Shown here one piece after another: positions 29,467-38,646 of a DNA stretch of 56,700 bases. The position numbers and the translations under genes were made by a program. The stretch is from a phage: sequence record PZ544694.1. The stretch is one strand, 5' to 3'. The notes beneath the pieces were generated by a model. The model saw nothing but the letters and a program-made list of their open reading frames with translations. It was not told the DNA's origin and searched no databases. Position 1 is the stretch's first letter. Each line of letters opens with the position of its first letter.

Positions 29467-29931
29467 ATGAAATTAGTATACATAGCTGGCCCATACCGCG
29501 CAGACACCAAAGAGGGCGTGGCTGAAAATATCCGTAAGGCACAAGTAATCGGGCTATCTCTAACCACCAACGGACATACATTAGGGGTATTCCCCGTGAT
29601 CCCTCACATGAATACGGCGCACTTTGAGACCCACACTTTAACCGTATCACAAAAATTCAGCGCTTTTATTGAGCCGGTGCCAGATGAATACTGGCTACAA
29701 GGAACAATGGCATTGATGGAAAAATGCGATGCGGTTTTATTGACGCACCCACAAGCCGGCATAACAAGCAAGGGAACGCGGGCGGAGGTTATGCGCGCTA
29801 TTGAGTTGGGTATTCCTGTTTATGACCACATAAACGGTCTACTATCTGACCTTAGAGACGAATCAACGCCTCTACGAAGTATTAATGTTTTGAATGACAA
29901 GCGAGAATTTCTCGGGGCGGTTGATGAGTGA
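29467..29931 (+). CDS. DUF1937/DUF4406-like protein (nucleoside 2-deoxyribosyltransferase-like fold)
   Basis: 154 aa; N-terminal LVYIAGPYRAD and mid-protein CDAVLL...G pattern. Confidence 0.35.
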   Translation: MKLVYIAGPYRADTKEGVAENIRKAQVIGLSLTTNGHTLGVFPVIPHMNTAHFETHTLTVSQKFSAFIEPVPDEYWLQGTMALMEKCDAVLLTHPQAGITSKGTRAEVMRAIELGIPVYDHINGLLSDLRDESTPLRSINVLNDKREFLGAVDE

Positions 29932-29968
29932 ATGACAAGCGAGAATTTCTCGGGGCGGTTGATGAGTG
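29893..29968. repeat. perfect 38-bp tandem duplication spanning a stop/start junction
   Basis: AATGACAAGCGAGAATTTCTCGGGGCGGTTGATGAGTG at 29893-29930 and 29931-29968; copy 1 is the 3' end of ORF 29467-29931, copy 2 is the 5' end of ORF 29932-30035 in another frame. Confidence 0.9.
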
Positions 29969-30035
29969 ATGTAGCGTACTTAATAGTCGTTGCGATGTGT
30001 GCCTTAGTTATAACACTAGGGATACGGAAATAAAT
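29932..30035 (+). CDS. small single-TM membrane peptide (33 aa), lysis-region candidate
   Basis: MTSENFSGRLMSDVAYLIVVAMCALVITLGIRK; hydrophobic core; below the ORF-track size cut-off, found by reading frame 1. Confidence 0.3.
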
Positions 30036-30147
30036 GCCCCTTTACTTTATTATCAAAACCGGCAAGACCGCTCACCGTCTTCACCACCCCAACCGCACAA
30101 CCTTTGTCCTAGGCAGTTATGAAATAAAACTTGGTCGGCCGTTTTAG

Positions 30148-30402
30148 ATGTCCTTTTGGGCTAAAATCAAGGCGATGGCTCTAGGGGTCGTCGCCTTTTT
30201 TGTCCTCCTATTCCTAACGTGGCGTAAAGGAAAACAGGACGGAAAGAACGAGAAAGTTATCGAAGATATTATCGATAACCATATTGAACAAGAACGAGTT
30301 AATGAGGTAAAACAAGATGTCGATTCGGGGATTAATAGCTTACCGGACGGCGGTAGTTCTGATCGTCTTCGCAGTGGTTGGTTGCGTAAAGACCGTAAAT
30401 AA
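30148..30402 (+). CDS. membrane protein with N-terminal TM and charged C-terminal domain (holin- or spanin-like candidate)
   Basis: 84 aa; TM ALGVVAFFVLLFL then Lys/Glu/Asp-rich tail. Confidence 0.3.
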   Translation: MSFWAKIKAMALGVVAFFVLLFLTWRKGKQDGKNEKVIEDIIDNHIEQERVNEVKQDVDSGINSLPDGGSSDRLRSGWLRKDRK

Positions 30403-31107
30403 ATGGCGAATTTAAAGCCTAAAGGTATCAGACAAAATAACCCGGGTAACTTGGAGTGGGGATCTCCTTGGCAGGGGCTAGTACCGAAAGCGGAGAGAAC
30501 GTCTCCTCGCTTTTGTGAATTCGTAAATCCGGTTTATGGTATTCGTGCGATCGCAGTAACGTTAATCACGTATTACGATAAGCGCAAATCAAAGAACGGC
30601 TCTCGCATCGACTCCGCGCGTGAAATCGTTGAGCGTTGGGCGCCGGGGTCGGAGAAAGGGAATAATACCAACGTATACGCTAAAAACTTAGCAGACCTAC
30701 TAGGCGTTGGCCCGGACGACGAAGTTATCGATATGCACGACTACGACCAGTTGTTTTTATTGGTGTCAGGCATCATCGGTACAGAAAACGGCTTCAATGG
30801 GCCACTCAAAGGCAAAACGGTAAACACTTGGTATTCTGACGAGACTATCGAAGAAGCCCTCCGTATGGCCGGGGTGACTAAGAAACCGAAAGTCGTTAAT
30901 TCTACTGCAACCGTAGCAGCCGGCACCGCAGCACTAGGCGTCGCTCAGTTGGTTGAGGTCGTCCAGCCGGTCAAGGAGGCGGTACACAATGCCTCGGGAG
31001 ACCTTTCATCTGGCGACTACGCTAGAATCTTCCTCGGCGTCGCCACCGTCGGGATCGGGATTTACCTCGGCTATGTCCGCTACCGTAAATTCAAATTGGG
31101 GCAGTGA
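30403..31107 (+). CDS. hypothetical protein, possible peptidoglycan hydrolase (endolysin candidate) with C-terminal hydrophobic segments
   Basis: 234 aa; N-terminal GIRQNNPGNLEWG; two C-terminal hydrophobic stretches; sits among small membrane proteins. Confidence 0.25.
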   Translation: MANLKPKGIRQNNPGNLEWGSPWQGLVPKAERTSPRFCEFVNPVYGIRAIAVTLITYYDKRKSKNGSRIDSAREIVERWAPGSEKGNNTNVYAKNLADLLGVGPDDEVIDMHDYDQLFLLVSGIIGTENGFNGPLKGKTVNTWYSDETIEEALRMAGVTKKPKVVNSTATVAAGTAALGVAQLVEVVQPVKEAVHNASGDLSSGDYARIFLGVATVGIGIYLGYVRYRKFKLGQ

Positions 31108-31422
31108 ATGGCGGGTAGAGATGGAGGTACGGGAGGCGTTCGCATTGACTTGGCGATCAATATCCCGACTATCCTTTCGCTAATAGCAGCGTTGTGTAGC
31201 GGTATAATGTGGGTTAATAACCAGTTTAGCAATGTTAGAAACGATGTTTTGTTGGTCACGGCTGACGTTAGAGTCCTAGAACAACGAACAACGCAAGCCG
31301 AGCGGGAAATCGCCGATATAAAACATAATACCGCACAACAAATAAACCAGTTTCGAGGTGAAGTTCGCGAAGACCTTAGAGACATTAAAACTAGCGTTCA
31401 AAAACTCGCAGATAAAAAATAG
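31108..31422 (+). CDS. membrane protein with N-terminal TM and coiled coil (i-spanin-like candidate)
   Basis: 104 aa; TM INIPTILSLIAALCSGIMWV then heptad-like charged helix. Confidence 0.3.
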   Translation: MAGRDGGTGGVRIDLAINIPTILSLIAALCSGIMWVNNQFSNVRNDVLLVTADVRVLEQRTTQAEREIADIKHNTAQQINQFRGEVREDLRDIKTSVQKLADKK

Positions 31423-33408
31423 ATGGCAGTCAACGCAAGGAACACTTCGCGGGCTGTCGTTTATCAGATCTTGCCTGACTTTAGGGCAAGGTCTACCCAC
31501 CGGAATGTTCTATATCAGGTCTCCGCGAAACTGCGTTTTCGGTCGCAGCACCGAAACGTGGTCTACCAAATACCGCCATTTCGTGCTAGGTCGGTCGTTT
31601 CTAATATAGTATATAGTACCGATTCAACTGCAAGAACGGTAATTACTGTCCCACAAGCGCTAAACCAAGTTGTCTATAACACGTCGTACCAGTTTGAGAT
31701 TTCAAACAATATCATTGGTGGGGTAATAAATACCGCGACCTATTCATGGGTTGAAGCGTTGCCGATCTCTAAACTTGATGTGAAGTCTTTTACGCAACTG
31801 GTGGTCGTTGGTACGGAATACGACACTACGTCCATGAAGTTTATCGGGCAAAACGTCCACCTCGTAAACCAAGGGCTACCGCAACCCCGCCCGGTCGATA
31901 CATGGTCGAACACGGAGATGGGTTCCGAGGTTATGCTCGTTTGTCAGTCTTTGGATATCGAATATATCCCGAGATCCGGGGTTGACTCTCCTAGCGTTGT
32001 ATCGTTGGTTTCCTACTCATCTCCGATAAAATGGGAGACAAGACCGGCTGACGTCGGTACGGTAACACATTTAGCATCGGTTCCGACGGATTTGTTCGGC
32101 CTCCCTAACTCTTTCACATCTTCCGGGAGTGTCGTTCAATTGTCGTCGTACCCGTCCACACCTCCGGCACGAGTAGGGGTTGAAAACGTCCCTCAGATTG
32201 TCAGTTTAGCCTCGATACCGGTAGGCGATGATCCGACCGTCGGAGTGGAGAAATCGTCTCAGGTTTTCACTCAAGCGATTCTGTCATCGGATTATGTATA
32301 TCCGCAATCCGATACTGATGTCGGCCAAGTTTTATTGTCACAAGTTGAGTCGGTCATTGATGAACTACCGATTTCCCCGGAGGACGTTAGTTCCGTTGTG
32401 TCCTTATCGGCGATTGGGGTCGACGCAACATGGAGTTGGTCAGATATATCTTCACCGTCAGTTAATATTTTGGCCGTACAAGATAGCCCGCAACCTCCGC
32501 TAGAGTCGTACTTCGTTTTAAATGCGGTAGGGTCTGCTACGGTGGCGATGTTATTAGAATCGGACTTCGGGCCGGCACACAAAGACAGTTACACCGAAAC
32601 GTATTCCGTACCGATCCTATCGTTGATGACTGCGCCTAAACGGTTTTACCCGCCTCTTGATAACGTGGTAGAACTTGAGAAAGGAAACCATGTTACTCAA
32701 TACGTTACGTCTACTGCGATGAAACGTGACGACGGTATGCCGATATCTACGGAAGATGTCGCCTCACTATCCATTGTTTCCGGGATAAAATCTCCGATGC
32801 CAACTCCGGACGAAGTTGCGAGGAAAGGCGACTTTATTTCGGGCCTATCGCAACACACCATGGTTACGAGTTCGTTCCCGTCTACGGAAGAACCTCAGAG
32901 TTATGTTGAAACGGGTAGTTTAGCTAAAAATATCGCGGTAACGGCATCGTACCCTGATATTCGTCTACCGATGACAGTTGGCCAAACGGACTTAGTAGCA
33001 TTTAATATCGCTAACTCGGTTGACTACCCGCCGGTGAAATCGTTTTTAATGTATGATTTCGCGGGATTAGTAACACAAAATATCGCGTGTAAGGCTAACT
33101 ATTTGCCCGCAAATACGCTAAACTCCTTATCGTTGACGACACAAACTTCGGCTAACGTTGCGTTCTCGGCCAGATACCCTGATAAAAGTACGGTTTATTC
33201 GCGAATTAATTCCGCTCAGGTTTCATCTTCGCTGGCAACGGTAGCTGAGTACCCGGATAAAGACTCAGTTCTTTCAGACATAAAGTCTACGTCCGTGTAT
33301 CAAAATGTTGTGCGCGTCGATTCTTCGTTATATCACATGCCACACCCACCGCAGAGACATCGCGTTAGGATCGTGTGTAAGATGATATATGGATATAAGA
33401 ACCGATAA
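31423..33408 (+). CDS. putative tail fiber / structural protein with internal repeats
   Basis: 661 aa; N-terminal RNVLYQV / RNVVYQI / SNIVYS repeats; recurring (S/E/R/D)YP(D/S/Q) motifs; Ser/Val-rich. Confidence 0.45.
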   Translation: MAVNARNTSRAVVYQILPDFRARSTHRNVLYQVSAKLRFRSQHRNVVYQIPPFRARSVVSNIVYSTDSTARTVITVPQALNQVVYNTSYQFEISNNIIGGVINTATYSWVEALPISKLDVKSFTQLVVVGTEYDTTSMKFIGQNVHLVNQGLPQPRPVDTWSNTEMGSEVMLVCQSLDIEYIPRSGVDSPSVVSLVSYSSPIKWETRPADVGTVTHLASVPTDLFGLPNSFTSSGSVVQLSSYPSTPPARVGVENVPQIVSLASIPVGDDPTVGVEKSSQVFTQAILSSDYVYPQSDTDVGQVLLSQVESVIDELPISPEDVSSVVSLSAIGVDATWSWSDISSPSVNILAVQDSPQPPLESYFVLNAVGSATVAMLLESDFGPAHKDSYTETYSVPILSLMTAPKRFYPPLDNVVELEKGNHVTQYVTSTAMKRDDGMPISTEDVASLSIVSGIKSPMPTPDEVARKGDFISGLSQHTMVTSSFPSTEEPQSYVETGSLAKNIAVTASYPDIRLPMTVGQTDLVAFNIANSVDYPPVKSFLMYDFAGLVTQNIACKANYLPANTLNSLSLTTQTSANVAFSARYPDKSTVYSRINSAQVSSSLATVAEYPDKDSVLSDIKSTSVYQNVVRVDSSLYHMPHPPQRHRVRIVCKMIYGYKNR

Positions 33409-34986
33409 ATGTTGACGGGAGGTTATAGCGATGAAAGTTGGTTGCCTGACGATTCTTACGCTCCTAATGGCTCTCTAGACGTATCTAAGATCCCGCTATT
33501 CACGGTAGATAGTCGTGGCTTATTTAATGGCGGTAATACTGGGGCTATGTTGTATACTTTTAGAGCTTCCGGCCTCTATGCTCCCGTATCCGCACCGTGG
33601 TCGCCTAGCTACCCTTTCGGGTATCCGTTCAATAGTCCGAGTATTCGACCGGAGTTATCCCCGAGCGGTTTTTCTATTGTACCTTGCCCGACTAGACCCG
33701 GAAGAAAGCGCTTCATGTTCCCCGGAAAAAAGATGGTCGGTAGACCCCTTACTTCTACAAGTAGCAGTGATAACTGGTCGGGGTCTCCTAACTGCTTCTC
33801 AATTCGCTATCGCATTCCTAGACCGTCGGTATCGGCTCCGGCAGGGCGTCAAACTAGCATATCTTTTGTAGCTAGATTTAATAGACGTACGGATAAGACC
33901 ACTAGACTAGCTTGGTATTTTTCTGTCGGATACCCGTCGATTAAGGTTCGACCGGGATACCAAACTAACTGGAGGAATTATGGGCTATCCAGTTTATGTC
34001 CGGGGTTCTTCGCTAGTTATATAATTTTTGGGAGTTCTAAACGTATAAATCTAGGGTCAGGAACACCGGGAGATACGGAGACTTGCACTTATTCAGATGG
34101 TCTTCCGTGGGTGTGCTTAAGACCTAACAACGAATTAGCTACGGATATACCCAACCCGACGGTACCGGGGAGAGACGGTCATTTTTTCAAATTTGAGTTC
34201 GACCGAGATTACCATATAGAAATTTTGTTGAGGATAAACTCCGCTACAAACAATTATGTAACTCGACCCTCCGTGAAAGTATTCATCGATGGGGAACCCG
34301 TCAGCAGTTGGAACGTTTCTGGAGCCAATGACGAGTTCTGGATTCCGCCCGAGGATACGTCAAATTTAGCTACTTCGGATCGGGTAAACTCAGAGAACTT
34401 TCTTACAGGGTTGCAGTTTAATTTTCAGATGAATCATAAGTACAACGTGTCAGTTTACCCGACGTATCACTATCCGGAGATGGCGGAGGAGTCCGGCCCG
34501 GTATTGATTAGTGATATCGTGGTAGGGGAGTCCAGTGCTTCCGACGGAGAAGTTGTCTTCGGGCCGTCAACTCGCGTATGGGGAGACGCTCCTAACTCGG
34601 ATATCGAGACATCATTCAAACGGCCACAAAGTTTCGATTCTAATGCTAGCGTGGTTGGTGCCCCCATGGGGTCGAATGTTGTTGATGAGGGGGCCGAGTT
34701 ATCCGGTGGGGCTGGAGACCGAGACATGTATAAAACCGATGGTAGTTCTATGCCGGATTTCGCCGGGAATATCTTAGGAGTTCAAGTAAAATCGATAGTT
34801 CGTGCCCCGTCCGCTGACGGCGAGGTCGTATCGCTACTAGGAGAAAGAGAATTGGGGTCTACCGAACTAAAGGCTTCGAATGGCGGGCGCTATTCGTCCG
34901 TAGCTCACACGATTACTTATACAACCCCCACCTCTCCTGAAGAAATATCCAATACTGCTTACGGTATATCAGTGAAAGAGGTATAA
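33409..34986 (+). CDS. putative tail fiber / receptor-binding-like protein
   Basis: 525 aa; central DRDYHIEILLRINSATNNYVTRPSVKVFIDGEPV resembles the WYYFEI...V(W/F)INN motif of the three downstream paralogs. Confidence 0.4.
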   Translation: MLTGGYSDESWLPDDSYAPNGSLDVSKIPLFTVDSRGLFNGGNTGAMLYTFRASGLYAPVSAPWSPSYPFGYPFNSPSIRPELSPSGFSIVPCPTRPGRKRFMFPGKKMVGRPLTSTSSSDNWSGSPNCFSIRYRIPRPSVSAPAGRQTSISFVARFNRRTDKTTRLAWYFSVGYPSIKVRPGYQTNWRNYGLSSLCPGFFASYIIFGSSKRINLGSGTPGDTETCTYSDGLPWVCLRPNNELATDIPNPTVPGRDGHFFKFEFDRDYHIEILLRINSATNNYVTRPSVKVFIDGEPVSSWNVSGANDEFWIPPEDTSNLATSDRVNSENFLTGLQFNFQMNHKYNVSVYPTYHYPEMAEESGPVLISDIVVGESSASDGEVVFGPSTRVWGDAPNSDIETSFKRPQSFDSNASVVGAPMGSNVVDEGAELSGGAGDRDMYKTDGSSMPDFAGNILGVQVKSIVRAPSADGEVVSLLGERELGSTELKASNGGRYSSVAHTITYTTPTSPEEISNTAYGISVKEV

Positions 34987-36003
34987 ATGTTAAAACATCA
35001 AGACGGTTTCGACCACTACGCAGATATCGGCAAGAAAGGTTCCGTAGTCGAGCCGTACTTAAAAGCAGCCGGGTATGATATCCGAAATGCTACTGACGAT
35101 ACGTTCCAGATTGACCTAGGTCGTCGTGACGGCGCTAAGAGCCTTAAATTTACCGTAGAACGTAACTCCGCAACCAATGCGTCGCTATCATGGGGGTTCA
35201 CTCCGGCCGGAAACTACGCGTGTTTCGGTTTCGCGATGAAAGCCAATGGTTCTCGTATGCGAGTATGTCGGGTTGAGAACTTGGTCGACGTGGAGTGGGA
35301 TAGCGAAGACGGTAAGCTAGAAATTGATGGCCAAAAAGGGGTAAACCCGCTGATCCTTAATGCGTGGTATTTTTTCGAGATAGAACTTGATAAGTCCGCT
35401 AAGAAAGTAACCGTATGGGTTAATAACGAAAAGCAAATCGAGGCGACCCTTACTACTTCTTGGCCTGAAAAACTCGTTCTGGTATGGGGGCAAGTGGGTA
35501 CAGCGCCCAATGCGGGTATCCAGTACCTAGATGATTTTTACGCTATGGACGATTCGGGGTCGGTAAACACTTCCCGCCTAGGGCCGATTGAGGTTGCTAC
35601 CCGCGCTCCTACTTCTGATGTTACGACCGAATGGGAGATCGTTAACGGCACTAACGAAAATCACTACCAAGTTGCCTCCCAACTGGAGCCGGGGAGACCT
35701 AACGCACCGTATTTACAGTCTAACAAGTCGGGAGCTAAAGACATTTTCCGTTCTAATACGATCCTACCGACTAACAACAAGGTTTTCGGCGTGTCGGTGA
35801 TTGCGTATGCCCGTAAAGGGGACTTAGACGACCGCAAACTCGGTATGGTGATCCAGACTGACGGGGGTTCTGAGAAAGAAGTCCAAGTACCGTTGACCGA
35901 AGACTATAAATACTACCAAGTTACCCACGAACAAACTCCGGGTAATACCGACTGGAATAAAGGCGCTGTCGAAGCATTGCAGTTCGGCATCGTGACTCGA
36001 TAG
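34987..36003 (+). CDS. putative receptor-binding / tail fiber protein, paralog 1
   Basis: 338 aa; shares WYFFEIELDK, LGPIEVATRAPTSDVTTEW, YLQSNKSGAKDIF with ORFs 36004 and 36988. Confidence 0.5.
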   Translation: MLKHQDGFDHYADIGKKGSVVEPYLKAAGYDIRNATDDTFQIDLGRRDGAKSLKFTVERNSATNASLSWGFTPAGNYACFGFAMKANGSRMRVCRVENLVDVEWDSEDGKLEIDGQKGVNPLILNAWYFFEIELDKSAKKVTVWVNNEKQIEATLTTSWPEKLVLVWGQVGTAPNAGIQYLDDFYAMDDSGSVNTSRLGPIEVATRAPTSDVTTEWEIVNGTNENHYQVASQLEPGRPNAPYLQSNKSGAKDIFRSNTILPTNNKVFGVSVIAYARKGDLDDRKLGMVIQTDGGSEKEVQVPLTEDYKYYQVTHEQTPGNTDWNKGAVEALQFGIVTR

Positions 36004-36987
36004 ATGATGCAATTTATGGACGGTTTCGACCAGCTAAAAGATATGCCGTCGGATAAGATGGTAAATTTACTCAACAACTCGGGGTACAACGCAGTACCGC
36101 CGATCCGTATTGCGGAGGGACGTAATACAGAAACCCGATGCTTATACCTAGGTGATGTAAACGAGAACGCAGCAAGCCCGGCAACACTGTCTCGACTTTT
36201 TAACTCCGAGACTAACCGTGTGGTTATCGGTTTTGCGTATTGTGCGGACAAAGTGCGGGACGATATTATCCGTATTCCCGGTTTTGGGGTGCTCGCTTGG
36301 AACCGCGACAATGGTAAAGTCTCCTTGGCCGGTGTTACGGGTCAAGCTATCTTGCTCCTAGGTATCTGGTACTATTTCGAGATCGTCATCAACAAAGAAA
36401 CAAATACTTTCCAAGTTTTTATTAATAACGGTGCGGACTTAGCTGGACAACTACCGGATAGTGTTCGTTTCATGACAGACTACAAATGCGAATGGCCGGG
36501 CGGTTCTGGCGGTAAAAAATTAGATGATATCGTTTTTATCGATGCGCAAGCCGGCAAATACGTTGACCGAGTTGGCCCGATTGAAATACTCACCCGAATG
36601 CCGACGGTGGACGTGGTGAGCGAATGGTCGCCATCGAAAGGCGATAACCACTGGTCTCTTGTCAGTAATCGCCCTCCGAAAGAGGACGAATATATTCAGT
36701 CTAACGTCTCCGGCGCGATGGATACTTTCAAAAGTGAAATCCCGCTCGACGCTAAAGGCGACATCTTGGCCGTGAGTGTCACCGCGATCAACCGTAAATC
36801 TGACGTAGATAATAGACAACTCGGGTTGGTGGTTGGCGAGAAAGACAAACAGTTGGAAAAGGTAGATGAAAAACTTACCTTGACTGACAAAATAAGTTAT
36901 GCTGTATTCGAAAATTCTCCGCTCGGCGCTAATTGGGATCGCGATAATATCCCTGAAACTCCGTTCGGTGTAGTTATTAGACCATAA
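36004..36987 (+). CDS. putative receptor-binding / tail fiber protein, paralog 2
   Basis: 327 aa; WYYFEIVINK, VGPIEILTRMPTVDVVSEW, YIQSNVSGAMDTF. Confidence 0.5.
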   Translation: MMQFMDGFDQLKDMPSDKMVNLLNNSGYNAVPPIRIAEGRNTETRCLYLGDVNENAASPATLSRLFNSETNRVVIGFAYCADKVRDDIIRIPGFGVLAWNRDNGKVSLAGVTGQAILLLGIWYYFEIVINKETNTFQVFINNGADLAGQLPDSVRFMTDYKCEWPGGSGGKKLDDIVFIDAQAGKYVDRVGPIEILTRMPTVDVVSEWSPSKGDNHWSLVSNRPPKEDEYIQSNVSGAMDTFKSEIPLDAKGDILAVSVTAINRKSDVDNRQLGLVVGEKDKQLEKVDEKLTLTDKISYAVFENSPLGANWDRDNIPETPFGVVIRP

Positions 36988-37908
36988 ATGTTTTTCTTCG
37001 AGGGGTTCGAACAGTTCGCCTTCGATGGGGATTCCCCGGCTTTCATGCGTAGAGCCGGGTATACCGTTTCGGGGTCTTTCGGCTTCGGCGCAGGACGTAA
37101 GAACGGCGCAAGCGTCCTACTCGGCCGAGGTCGAATATCCCGAGATTTCCCATCTGATACCGGCAATTTTACCGTAGGTTTCGCGTTCAATATGACCACG
37201 AGAGGAAATCTCGTAGGCATCTCAGGCGGGGATAGTACGCTTAAAGTTGGTGTAGACCAGACCACAGGGTTATTACAGTCCGAGGGAGAGTCAGGTTACG
37301 TTATCCCATTGCGTAACAACTGGTACTATCTAGAAGTGGAAGTAAACAAAGACGCAAAGACGGCCGACGTCTATATCAATGGTAAAAAAGACATTACGGT
37401 TTCGATACCAGATGGCGTAGCGACGGCAGACACGCTCACAATAACATTGCGGGACTTCGACGAGTCGGATTTTGCGGACATTCGCTTCGATGACTTGTAT
37501 TATGCCGACACTACGAGAGTCGGGCCTATCACCGTCACTACTCGCGTTCCGACGAAAGACGTATCGAAAGATTGGGGTGTTTCCGGTGGGGAATCTCACC
37601 ATGAGGTCGTAGCTCCCGCACTACCGAACTTAGTTGACCGGTTCATCTATACGGGGACGAATGGTGCTACGGATTCTTTCACCTCGGAAACCGTGCTATC
37701 AGAGGAGACAGAAGTAAAAGGTGTTTCGGTGATAACACTCCTCCGAAAAGCCACCGTAGATCCAGTTAGCGTAGATGTGTTCACAAACGAGCTAGTTAAA
37801 AACGAAGCTACGTTACCTCGTGATTGGGAGTACCGCTACTCAGAACTTGGAGTGCTCCCGGAGCACGTAATACCGGACTCAACTTTCGGAATAACTCTAA
37901 AAGCGTAA
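36988..37908 (+). CDS. putative receptor-binding / tail fiber protein, paralog 3
   Basis: 306 aa; WYYLEVEVNK, VGPITVTTRVPTKDVSKDW, FIYTGTNGATDSF. Confidence 0.5.
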   Translation: MFFFEGFEQFAFDGDSPAFMRRAGYTVSGSFGFGAGRKNGASVLLGRGRISRDFPSDTGNFTVGFAFNMTTRGNLVGISGGDSTLKVGVDQTTGLLQSEGESGYVIPLRNNWYYLEVEVNKDAKTADVYINGKKDITVSIPDGVATADTLTITLRDFDESDFADIRFDDLYYADTTRVGPITVTTRVPTKDVSKDWGVSGGESHHEVVAPALPNLVDRFIYTGTNGATDSFTSETVLSEETEVKGVSVITLLRKATVDPVSVDVFTNELVKNEATLPRDWEYRYSELGVLPEHVIPDSTFGITLKA

Positions 37909-38646
37909 ATGAAAATTGCCCCTAACATGGGGCTTTCCTATGGTTGGGTGAGAGGCGAGGATTTTTGGGGTGGCCCAATGAACGAGACGCTAACCACCTT
38001 AGATACTGTTACGTTTCTACGCCTACAATCTATCACGTTTAGTGCGCCACCGGCTGACGCTAAAAACGGCGACACCTATTTTATCTATAAAAACCCGACT
38101 GGCCCTTGGGTTGGCCAAGAAAGAAAACTGGCCGTATTGATCGACGGCGTGTGGCAATTCATCGAACCCAAACGAGGTTGGCGAGCATTCTTAGACCCGA
38201 CCAGTGAGTTTATCTGGTGGGACGGGGAGACGTGGCGTATTGAGAATACCGGAGTTGACCCGATCAACCCTAACCCATCTCCCGATGTTGTACCTATGGC
38301 GTTTGATGTATCCGCGACTATTTCGGAGAAGATGTATCCATCGGAAGTGCTCGTACACTTGCCAATTATCGACAATATGTACCTACCGGCTAACATGGCA
38401 CAATCTCAATTCGACGCCCGTAGTGCTTTTCTCGATAAAGCTAAGTTCACTGTGCAGAGAAATAACCAAACTGTCGGCACATTCACTGTCGATCGGGGGC
38501 AATATAACGCCACTTTCGTGACGTCTGGTAGCGTTGCCGTGAGATTTTTCAAAGGTGACAGGCTGACAATCTTAGCTCCGGTTGATACAATCGACTCAGC
38601 CGTTAACTTCGGCTTTATTATTAGATTAATGATTCAGGGGGCTTAA
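37909..38646 (+). CDS. DUF2793-like tail fiber-associated protein
   Basis: 245 aa; GDTYFIYKNPTGPWVGQ...IDGVWQFIEPKRGWRAF...WWDGETW aromatic/Gly pattern. Confidence 0.4.
   Translation: MKIAPNMGLSYGWVRGEDFWGGPMNETLTTLDTVTFLRLQSITFSAPPADAKNGDTYFIYKNPTGPWVGQERKLAVLIDGVWQFIEPKRGWRAFLDPTSEFIWWDGETWRIENTGVDPINPNPSPDVVPMAFDVSATISEKMYPSEVLVHLPIIDNMYLPANMAQSQFDARSAFLDKAKFTVQRNNQTVGTFTVDRGQYNATFVTSGSVAVRFFKGDRLTILAPVDTIDSAVNFGFIIRLMIQGA

Noticed and set aside
29893-29968. 38-bp perfect tandem repeat as a possible att site, terminal repeat or cos-like element
   Set aside because: The copies coincide exactly with the 3' end of one ORF and the 5' end of the next in a shifted frame, like the 4, 8 and 14-nt junction duplicates elsewhere, so an overlap-duplication artefact is the simpler explanation.
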